NCBI GenBank assembly: GCA_947474495.1
Contig: CANJIM010000001.1
Span: forward strand, 27,939-91,938
Length of the DNA stretch: 64,000 bases
Direction of reading: 5' to 3'
Origin: Rhodospirillaceae bacterium
GTDB lineage: Bacteria > Pseudomonadota > Alphaproteobacteria > SMXQ01
Part shown: piece after piece, positions 31,577-39,031 of the stretch
Layout: each line of letters opens with the position of its first letter
Numbering within the stretch: position 1 is the stretch's first letter
The notes under the pieces: generated by a model
Told to the model about the DNA's origin: nothing
Seen by the model: the letters and a program-made list of their open reading frames with translations, nothing else
Database searches by the model: none
Made by a program: the position numbers and the translations under genes

Positions 31577-31693
31577 AGAAAAAAGAAGGGAAAATTATCC
31601 CTTATTTTTCATATAGATAGTTGGATAGACCGCGGGGCGCGATCCTTGCGCGGCGATGGCCAACCTCGGCCTTCTCGGCGGCCCGCAGCCGCC

Positions 31694-32902
31694 TTAAACC
31701 GGCTTGCCGGCGGCCGGTTTCACCCAGCCGGCCGGGATGGCGGTGGTGATGCAAATCAATGAGAAGCCCGCCGAGGCCCAAAACACCATGCCGGGCGAGG
31801 CTCCATCCATCAGCAAGCCATAGATCGTCGGCGACACCGCATGGCCGAACATGAAGCCGGTGGTGACGAACGCGAAGACGGTGCCGACGCTGGCCCCCGG
31901 CACGGCATGACGGACCATGACGTCGCGCGAGGTGTTCACCAAACCGCGCAAGGCGCCGACGCTGGCGAGCAGCACGAGGGCGATCCAGAACGGCAGGCCG
32001 GACAGGCCGACCGCCGCGACCATCACCGCGCTGACGGTGAAGGAGGCCACCAAAGCCAAGTTGTGATGTTTGGTGTAGTCGGCGAGCAGGCCGCCCGGCA
32101 GCACGGCGATCAGCGAGGCAATCATATAGACCGTCAGCGCCATGTTCGCCGTGGTCAACGAGATGCCGTAGATGTCGATCAGCGCCGAGACGGCGAATTG
32201 CGAGATACCGGCGTTGGCCGCCGACGAGGCCGCATAGAAGGTGAAGAACAACATCACCGTCGGCGAGGTCACCATGTCGCGCCAGGTCAGCGAACCGGCG
32301 CCGCGCTTCTTCGGCGCGCCGCCCTCGCCGATCACACCCGAGCAGGCGAGCAGCACGATCGACAGTGCCACGCCGATGCCGCCGATGATCGCCACGGCCA
32401 TGCGCCAGTTGGTCAACTCGTAGAGAGTGACCATGACGAAGGGCGCGATGGCGAAGCCGATGGAGCCGCCGAAGGTGTGGATCGAGAAGGCGCGGCCGAG
32501 CCGCTTCTCGCTCACCGTGCCCGACAGGATCGAATAATCGGCGGGATGAAAGACCGAACTGCCGACGCCGGCGAGCGCCATCAGCGCGATAAGCTGCCAA
32601 TAGCTGTCGATCACCGAGACAAGCGCGATGGCCGCGCCGTTGAGGAACAGGCCGCAGACCAGCACCGGGCGTGAGCCGATCCGCTCGCAGACGAAGCCCA
32701 TCGGCGTCTGCAGCACGCCGGTGAAGGCGGCGAACACTGCGGTCGCCACCCCGAGCGCGGCATAATCGAACCCGAGATCGGCGCGGATGACTGGAAAGAG
32801 CGGCGGCAAGACCAGCATGTAGAGATGGCTCAGCATGTGGGCGAAGCTGATCAGCCCCACCACCTGCGTCTCGCGCCGCCCCATCCCGATCGTTATCGCC
32901 AT
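31694..32902 (-). CDS. MFS transporter
   Basis: 402 aa, 12 TM, MFS motif A region (GxLaDrxGrR-like: CERIGSRPVL). Confidence 0.8.
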   Translation of the reverse strand: MAITIGMGRRETQVVGLISFAHMLSHLYMLVLPPLFPVIRADLGFDYAALGVATAVFAAFTGVLQTPMGFVCERIGSRPVLVCGLFLNGAAIALVSVIDSYWQLIALMALAGVGSSVFHPADYSILSGTVSEKRLGRAFSIHTFGGSIGFAIAPFVMVTLYELTNWRMAVAIIGGIGVALSIVLLACSGVIGEGGAPKKRGAGSLTWRDMVTSPTVMLFFTFYAASSAANAGISQFAVSALIDIYGISLTTANMALTVYMIASLIAVLPGGLLADYTKHHNLALVASFTVSAVMVAAVGLSGLPFWIALVLLASVGALRGLVNTSRDVMVRHAVPGASVGTVFAFVTTGFMFGHAVSPTIYGLLMDGASPGMVFWASAGFSLICITTAIPAGWVKPAAGKPV

Positions 32903-33045
32903 GAACGCGTCCCGCCCTGAAAATTCCGCTTCAGTGGGCTATCAGACCGTTCCCCCTCGCGCAAGGCGCTAAGGTATGGATTGTTGCTGATTGGGCGTGC
33001 CGTTGAGCCGGCCGCGATCTCGTTTCGCTAAGTGGTCATGCCCAC

Positions 33046-33080
33046 CCAAAAGAAAGGCCGCGCTCCGAAGAGCGCGGCCC
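33046..33080 (-). terminator. Rho-independent terminator downstream of csbD
   Basis: Hairpin GGCCGCGCUC-uucg-GAGCGCGGCC followed by UUUCUUUUGGG on the minus-strand transcript. Confidence 0.7.
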
Positions 33081-33103
33081 GATCCGGTAAGAGAGAAGCC
33101 GCC

Positions 33104-33304
33104 TTAACGGTAGGTCTTCTCCCAATCCTGCACTTGCTTGTCGGCCTCATCCTTGGCGATGCCGTAGCGCTCCTGAATGCGGCCGACCAACTCGTCGCGC
33201 GTGCCCTCGGCCACGGTCAGGTCGTCGTCGGTGAGCTTGCCCCACTGTTGCTTGACCTTGCCTTTGGCCTGTTTCCAATCGCCTTTGATCTGATCCCAAT
33301 TCAT
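33104..33304 (-). CDS. CsbD-family general stress protein
   Basis: 66 aa from MNWDQIKGDWKQAKGKVKQQWGKLTDDDL...RIQERYG. Canonical CsbD repeat. ORF-track start at 33424 is upstream of the promoter motif so the shorter start is preferred. Confidence 0.8.
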   Translation of the reverse strand: MNWDQIKGDWKQAKGKVKQQWGKLTDDDLTVAEGTRDELVGRIQERYGIAKDEADKQVQDWEKTYR

Positions 33305-33378
33305 CGTCGAACTCCTTTGTGATGCGGCGCACCAAGGCGCCATGGAAAAGATGCCGGACTGCGCCGGCTTAAAGGAGC

Positions 33379-33404
33379 AACGGTCACCGGCGCGGCCTTG
33401 TTCC
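33379..33404 (-). promoter_or_regulatory. EcfG-type (general stress sigma factor) promoter motif GGAAC-N16-CCGTT upstream of csbD
   Basis: The minus strand reads GGAACaaggccgcgccggtgaCCGTT about 75 nt upstream of the csbD ATG. This matches the alphaproteobacterial EcfG/RpoE2 consensus GGAAC-N16-17-CGTT. Confidence 0.6.
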
Positions 33405-33458
33405 GGTTCCGAGAAAAGTTCCATTTCAACGAGTTAAACGGCAGTGCCGGGTCCCATG

Positions 33459-33484
33459 GGAACTATGTCCGCGGAGCGAGCGTT
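33459..33484 (+). promoter_or_regulatory. EcfG-type promoter motif GGAAC-N17-CGTT upstream of the DUF3309 gene
   Basis: + strand GGAACtatgtccgcggagcgagCGTT, about 80 nt upstream of ATG 33564. Divergent from the csbD promoter. Confidence 0.6.
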
Positions 33485-33563
33485 GGCCGAATGATCAAGA
33501 ACAAAACTGGCGTTCGGTCATCGCATCGACGCCATAAACACACATCACCGCAAGGGGACGACC

Positions 33564-33719
33564 ATGCTGAGCACGATCCTGTTGATTTTCCTGATCCTGA
33601 TTTTGGTCGGCGCGCTGCCGACCTGGGGTCACAGCCGCAATTGGGGCTACGGGCCGAGCGGCCTGACCTTCGTGCTGCTGATCATCTTGATCGTCCTGCT
33701 GGCAACCGGCCGCATCTAG
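33564..33719 (+). CDS. DUF3309-family small membrane protein
   Basis: 51 aa, MLSTILLIFLILILVGALPTWGHSRNWGYGPSGLTFVLLIIILIVLLATGRI. Not in the ORF track (too short); matches the conserved alphaproteobacterial DUF3309 pattern (PTWxxSRxWGYGPSG). Confidence 0.7.
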   Translation: MLSTILLIFLILILVGALPTWGHSRNWGYGPSGLTFVLLIILIVLLATGRI

Positions 33720-33735
33720 CGATCAGGATGTGACG

Positions 33736-34011
33736 ATGCCGCGTCGCCGCAAAGCGACATATGCCGCCAAGCAAATGCGTCAAGCGCGTCACATCGAAGA
33801 AGGCCACGAAAAGCGCGGCGTCGGCGAAAAAGTAGCCGAACGCCGCGCTTGCGCCACCGTCAATGATCAGGGCATCAACGACGAGGCCGGCGGCGCCAAG
33901 AAGAACAGCGGTGACTGCGGGAAACCGTTCGCTCGCTACCAAGATACCCTCGGCCAGGCAAGCCGCGCCGACGCGCAAGCGCAAAGCCAGCGCCAAGAAA
34001 TAGCGAGCTGA
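33736..34011 (+). CDS. Hypothetical small basic protein (91 aa), wedged without gaps between the DUF3309 and DUF421 genes
   Basis: Start MPRRRKATYAAKQMRQARHIEEGHEKRG. Operon-like packing (17 nt after previous stop, 8 nt before next start) and coding-like GC3. No family recognised. Confidence 0.45.
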   Translation: MPRRRKATYAAKQMRQARHIEEGHEKRGVGEKVAERRACATVNDQGINDEAGGAKKNSGDCGKPFARYQDTLGQASRADAQAQSQRQEIAS

Positions 34012-34018
34012 CGACAGC

Positions 34019-34522
34019 ATGTTCGACCTGACGCTGCCGTGGTGGGAACTTATTCTCCGCGGCGGCGGAATTTATTTGACCGTGATTTTGCTGCTGCGCA
34101 TCAGCGGCAAACGTGAGCTCGGCCAATTGACGCCGTTCGATTTCGTCCTGTTGATGCTGATCAGCGAAGGCGCGTCCAACGCGCTGACCGCCGGCGACGA
34201 TTCATGGCTCGCCGCGGTGATCGTCATCACCACCATGCTGCTGCTCAACGCCGGCCTTGGCTATATGACGGCGCGGCATGCGCGCGTCGAGCGCTGGATG
34301 GAAGGGCGGCCGCGTTTTCTCATCCGCGAGGGCCGCGTGCTCTATGCCGCGCTGCGCAAAGAAACGATTTCCAACAATGAATTGATGGCGGCGCTGCGCC
34401 AGAACGGCTGCTTCCGCCCGTCGCAGGTGGAATACGCCATATTGGAAACGACCGGCGAGATTTCGGTCAAGAAGCGCGACGACGACGGCGACGAAGCGCC
34501 GCCGTCGAAGAACCGGCCTTAG
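34019..34522 (+). CDS. DUF421 (YetF-like) membrane protein
   Basis: 167 aa, two N-terminal TM helices, the DUF421 core and a YetF-like C-terminal soluble region. Confidence 0.7.
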   Translation: MFDLTLPWWELILRGGGIYLTVILLLRISGKRELGQLTPFDFVLLMLISEGASNALTAGDDSWLAAVIVITTMLLLNAGLGYMTARHARVERWMEGRPRFLIREGRVLYAALRKETISNNELMAALRQNGCFRPSQVEYAILETTGEISVKKRDDDGDEAPPSKNRP

Positions 34523-34555
34523 CTCACCTATTGCCGCCCCGTGAGGGCGAAGCGC

Positions 34556-34933
34556 TTACCAATTGCCGGTCGTCGAAATCCAGTCGGGATCTTCCTGCGA
34601 GGTGCGCTCGAAGGTCAGGAAGTCGTAATAGCCGCAATGGCCATCGCCGGGGAATTCGCGGCAGATGCGCGGACGGCCTTCATAAATCGTGCAGCGGCGC
34701 AGATCGCGGTCGAAGAACTTGCAAATCGTGCCGAAATGCTCGTCGGCATGATGGCGCAAAATGCGCTCGCCCGGCTCGGCGCCGGCCTTGGTGTGTTTCT
34801 CGCGCGCTTGTTTTTCGCTGATGCCGAAATATTTTCCCAGCCGCTTGATGTCGAAGTCGGAAACGATGACACGGGCATAAGAGCAGCACTGCCCCGGGCA
34901 TTTCGAGCAGTCGTAGAGCTTTCGCTTCGCCAT
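34556..34933 (-). CDS. YkgJ-family cysteine-cluster protein (UPF0153)
   Basis: From MAKRKLYDCSKCPGQCCSY...CTIYEGRPRICREFP...HCGYY. CxxCxxxCC plus a second Cys cluster typical of YkgJ/Fe-S or Zn-binding proteins. Start at 34933 preferred over the ORF-track 35035. Confidence 0.7.
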   Translation of the reverse strand: MAKRKLYDCSKCPGQCCSYARVIVSDFDIKRLGKYFGISEKQAREKHTKAGAEPGERILRHHADEHFGTICKFFDRDLRRCTIYEGRPRICREFPGDGHCGYYDFLTFERTSQEDPDWISTTGNW

Positions 34934-35248
34934 GATGGTACGCGCACCTGAATAAGAGCCTTGAGTAAAGGCAGTGTGTTGAATCTCCTTACATGGACGA
35001 TTGCGCTTAAGCAATCGCCCGATAGGGTTTTGCACCTACGGCGGGTTGTCTGGCAAAACGCGCGGTGCATCCTGCGCACCGCCGATTGAGAGTCTTTCGC
35101 AGATCGGCAATTTCCTTGTCATTTTTTTATAGATGCGCACAATCCGCCGTTCCTGCCGCAAGGCGGAAATAGTTCGGGGTTGGGGCCCGATCTATGCTAA
35201 AAGTAATAGAATTCAATCGCGCAGGATGTGCGATCGCTCGGGGATAGT

Positions 35249-35617
35249 ATGACGTCGTTGTTTTCTCGACGCTTAATGGCTTGGCTTCTTGCCCTGGCGG
35301 TCATCGCCGGCGCGAGCCCGGTCATGGCTGCGAGCTACGCCGGCGACGGCCCGACGATCTCCCAGCCCAACAGTTCCTTGCCGACGGCGCCGGTTCGGGC
35401 CGCCCTCGACGAAGGCTTCGCCCCTCTCCTCGAAGACGAAAGCGTCCGCCGTCTCGCCGATCATCACGGCGATGGCAGCGACCTGACCGCACTCGTCACG
35501 GCCGAACTGGCCGTCCCCGTCTTCGGCAACTCACGCGATGGGATTGCCGGACACCGGACTCGGCTCGCCGCCGACGTCCCCGCCTCCTGCCATAAGACCG
35601 GTCCTCCGACCGCCTAA
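35249..35617 (+). CDS. Hypothetical secreted protein
   Basis: Signal peptide MTSLFSRRLMAWLLALAVIAGASPVMAA. No recognisable domain. Could be non-coding. Confidence 0.35.
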   Translation: MTSLFSRRLMAWLLALAVIAGASPVMAASYAGDGPTISQPNSSLPTAPVRAALDEGFAPLLEDESVRRLADHHGDGSDLTALVTAELAVPVFGNSRDGIAGHRTRLAADVPASCHKTGPPTA

Positions 35618-35814
35618 GGCCTTCTCCCGCCGTCGACTGATCCCTCTTAAGAAGGACAGCGCCGGGTTTAAGCGGACGAAGGCAAAGGCGGAATCCGTCG
35701 TCGGCAGGGCAAAAGCCCACATCTCAAAAAGCGCTTAGCGCAGCCTCGCCAACGATCCGTCTTTGCCGAAGTCCGTACGTGATGACCTCAACTTCGGACA
35801 ACGGATAAGCAAAC

Positions 35815-37914
35815 ATGGAAAGTTTCACTGCGGAAGCCGCCTTTATGGGCGCAGCTGCCGGCAAGGCGTTCCTGATCCTGATGGATCCGACGCGCCTGAT
35901 GTATTTAGGGATCGGGTGCGTGCTCGGCCTCGTGCTGGGCATTATTCCCGGCATCGGTGGCCTTGCGGGCACTGCGATGCTGCTGCCCTTCACCTTCGAT
36001 ATGGACCCGTTCACCGCTTTCGCGTTCCTGCTCGGCCTGGGCGCGACGACGGCCACGGGCGATCCAATTCCGGCGATTTTGTTCGGCGTGCCCGGAGGTG
36101 CAGCCTCCGCGGCAACCGTGCTTGACGGTTTCCCCATGGCCAAACGCGGCGAGGCCGGTCGAGCGCTCTCGGCCGCCTACATGTCCTCCCTGATGGGCGG
36201 CGTGTTCGGCGCCATGTTGATGGGCCTGACGATTCCGATCCTGCGGCCGCTGATGCTCTATATCGGCTCGCCGGAACTGCTCGGCTTCGCCGTGTTCGGT
36301 ATCTCGATGGTCGCGGTGTTGTCGGGTAACGCCCCGCTGCGCGGCATGGCCGCCGCCTGCTTCGGCATCATGCTCGCCATGATCGGTTCCGATCCGCAGA
36401 CCGGCACGCTGCGCTGGACCCTCGACAGCCTCTACCTGTGGGACGGCGCGCCGTTGACGCCGATCGTGCTCGGCCTGTTCGCCTTGCCCGAACTGTGCGA
36501 CCTGCTGATCACCCGCACCGCCATCGCCGAAGGCGTTCCTGTCGGCCGCGAGGTCTATCGCGGCCAGCTGCAAGGCGTGAAGGACTGCTTCCAGCATTGG
36601 TGGCTGATCATGCGCTGCTCGTGGATCGGCGGTGGCATCGGCTCGATCCCGGGCATCAGCGCCTCGGTGGTCGACTGGCTCGCTTACGGCCACGCCCTGA
36701 AGACTGAAAAGGGCGCCAAGGCGACCTTCGGCAAGGGCGACGTCCGCGGCGTTATCGCCTCGGAATCGTCGAACAACGCCAAGGAAGGCGGCGCGCTCAT
36801 CCCGACCGTCGCGTTCGGCGTGCCCGGCTCCGCCGGCATGGCCATCCTGCTCGGCGCCTTCCTGATCCAGGGTCTCGTCCCGGGTCCGGACATGCTGAGC
36901 AAGAACCTCGACGTGACCTACGCGATGGTCTGGTCGGTGGCGCTGGCCAACATCCTCGGCGCCGGCATGTGCTACGCCTTCAGCCCGCAGTTCGCCAAGC
37001 TGGCGACCCTGCGCTACACGCTGATCCTGCCCGCCGTTCTGGGCATCATCTACATCGGCGCGTTCGAAGCCTCTCGTCAGTGGGGCGACCTCTACACGCT
37101 GCTCTTCTTCGGCCTGTTCGGCTGGATCATGAAGCAGTTCAAGTGGCCGCGTCCGCCGTTGATTCTCGGCCTCGTGCTAGGCGATATCATCGAACGCTAC
37201 CTGTTCATCTCCGTCGAGCGTTACGGCCTCGAGTGGCTGAAACGCCCGGTGGTGGCGATCCTGTTCATCATGGCTATCGTCGGCCTGGTGCGACCGTTCC
37301 TGCAGGACGTGAAGGCCCAAGGCGGCGTCAAAATGATGCTGACCAACTTCCAGGCCCCGACGTTCCGCTGGACCCAGCTGTTCACGATCTTCTTCTTCAC
37401 CTTGATGGCCGTCATGGTCTTCCAGGCGACGAAGTGGAACATGGACGCCAAGATCGTGCCGCTGATCGTCGGCACGCTCGGTCTGTCGATGGTCGGACTC
37501 AGCCTGTTCAACGACATGTGCCGTGTGCCGAAGAGCAAGAAGGTCGCGAGCATCACGGAAAACACGTTGCATGAGATCGAGGAGAACTCGGACGAAAAGA
37601 TCCATATGGATCTGTCGTCCGACACCGATCATCTGTCGAAGAAGGTCATTGCCCAGCGCGGCATCCTCTTCTTCGCCTACATGCTCGGCTTCATGGGCTC
37701 CTTCGCCATGTTCGGCATGTTGCCGACGGTCTTCGTGTTCGTGATCTTCTTCATGCGCTTCGAAGCCAAGGAGCGTTGGACCCTGGTGATCCCCTACGCG
37801 ATCTTCATGGTCATCTTCATCTACGTCGGGTTCGACCAGTTTATGGCCGTGCCCTGGCCGCAAAGCGTGATCGGCCAATGGATCCCGGCGCTCAAGGTCA
37901 TCCCCACCCTCTAA
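35815..37914 (+). CDS. Tripartite tricarboxylate transporter permease TctA with a C-terminal TctB-like 4-TM extension (fusion)
   Basis: 699 aa. Residues 1-500 have the TctA pattern (GIIPGIGGLAGTAMLLPFTF, GVPGG repeats). The last about 190 aa have four TM helices and an acidic loop, like TctB. Confidence 0.7.
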   Translation: MESFTAEAAFMGAAAGKAFLILMDPTRLMYLGIGCVLGLVLGIIPGIGGLAGTAMLLPFTFDMDPFTAFAFLLGLGATTATGDPIPAILFGVPGGAASAATVLDGFPMAKRGEAGRALSAAYMSSLMGGVFGAMLMGLTIPILRPLMLYIGSPELLGFAVFGISMVAVLSGNAPLRGMAAACFGIMLAMIGSDPQTGTLRWTLDSLYLWDGAPLTPIVLGLFALPELCDLLITRTAIAEGVPVGREVYRGQLQGVKDCFQHWWLIMRCSWIGGGIGSIPGISASVVDWLAYGHALKTEKGAKATFGKGDVRGVIASESSNNAKEGGALIPTVAFGVPGSAGMAILLGAFLIQGLVPGPDMLSKNLDVTYAMVWSVALANILGAGMCYAFSPQFAKLATLRYTLILPAVLGIIYIGAFEASRQWGDLYTLLFFGLFGWIMKQFKWPRPPLILGLVLGDIIERYLFISVERYGLEWLKRPVVAILFIMAIVGLVRPFLQDVKAQGGVKMMLTNFQAPTFRWTQLFTIFFFTLMAVMVFQATKWNMDAKIVPLIVGTLGLSMVGLSLFNDMCRVPKSKKVASITENTLHEIEENSDEKIHMDLSSDTDHLSKKVIAQRGILFFAYMLGFMGSFAMFGMLPTVFVFVIFFMRFEAKERWTLVIPYAIFMVIFIYVGFDQFMAVPWPQSVIGQWIPALKVIPTL

Positions 37915-38072
37915 CGAGGGTGCGGTTGAGTGCCGGTTCCCGGAGACGGACCATCAGTACGGTCCGTCTCCGGGTCTTGTAAGCGTAAAGCGTACCCCCG
38001 ACTTGAAGGGCGCCCCGGACGATCCGACCGGGACGCCCTCTTTTTTGCCCGGCCCCCGATTCGCCGAGAACG

Positions 38073-38504
38073 CTAGCGCCGGCGCAAGACTGTCAGCAGG
38101 CCGGCGATGGCCAGGGCGGCCCAGCCAGCCATCAGGGCCAGCCCCCCGGCCGGAGCGGCGACACCCCAGCTCTGGCCGAGGCTGAGGGCGATCAGCGACC
38201 CGCAGAACAGCAGGATGCCGCCCGCGAAGCCGGCCAGCGCCACGCCGGCGAGGCGGCGCGCGAGGCCGTTCAGACGCTCGCGCAAGGCCACGCCCCCCAG
38301 CAGCGCCACGGCATGGATGAGCTGGTAGGTCGACGCCGTCGTCAGCCACCCCTTGGCCGGCTCGACCGCGCCATGCGAGGCCCAAGCGCCCAGCGCCACG
38401 GCGCTGCCGCCGGCGAGCGCGGCGAAGACGGCGGCGGCGGCGCCGAGGCGCGTCAACGACGTCGCGGACGGATCGTTCGGCGCGTGATGCAATCCATCGG
38501 ACAT
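38073..38504 (-). CDS. DUF423 (YgdD/TMEM256-like) membrane protein
   Basis: 143 aa, four TM, the DUF423 motif (AWASHG, TYQLIHAVALL). Confidence 0.7.
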   Translation of the reverse strand: MSDGLHHAPNDPSATSLTRLGAAAAVFAALAGGSAVALGAWASHGAVEPAKGWLTTASTYQLIHAVALLGGVALRERLNGLARRLAGVALAGFAGGILLFCGSLIALSLGQSWGVAAPAGGLALMAGWAALAIAGLLTVLRRR

Positions 38505-39031
38505 GGGCGGCGTGCTCCAAAAATAAACAAAGCGTAAAGGCCAAGCCTGAGTCTGCCACGCTCCCGCCCGGTCTGTGACAAGAACCGTGTTCGACTCGCA
38601 ACAGCACGGGCTCGAGTCGAAAAAATTTGGCTCTCGGGAAGATTTCCGCTTGCATCAGGGGCGAGATGGCTTAATTAGCGTTTTCAGACGCCAATCGCAC
38701 GTGCCCCAGGCCTCTCAGTTAGGTCAAGCAACGACGTGTACGCGTCCTTTTCGGAGCCGGTCACAAAAGTGGATCGGCAGTCGGTCGAGAGGACCGGCAC
38801 CTTAAGGGAGGTAGATACATGAACGGGCACGCTCCTGCGCCCCATCCGCGAACGAACCGGTAAGCCCGGGTGTCCGACCAAAAGGTCGGCCTCGTGCCTT
38901 TGCTATTTCGATAATCGCCGCGTTACCGCCTTCATCCCCGGGATCAGTCATCCGGGACAGCGGAAACGCATATCCAGGGTCCGGTGACCCGGGGCTGATG
39001 CCCCACCACCCCAGCCCGGAAGGAGTGCAGT

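Noticed and set aside
31602-32674. 332-aa (-) and 277-aa (+) ORFs
   Set aside because: Alternative frame and antisense of the MFS transporter gene.
35905-37878. 262-aa and 233-aa - strand ORFs
   Set aside because: Antisense of the TctAB fusion gene. His/Arg/Asp-rich.
38575-38805. 76-aa + ORF in the hss leader
   Set aside because: No RBS, non-coding-like composition. The region is better explained as a structured 5' leader.
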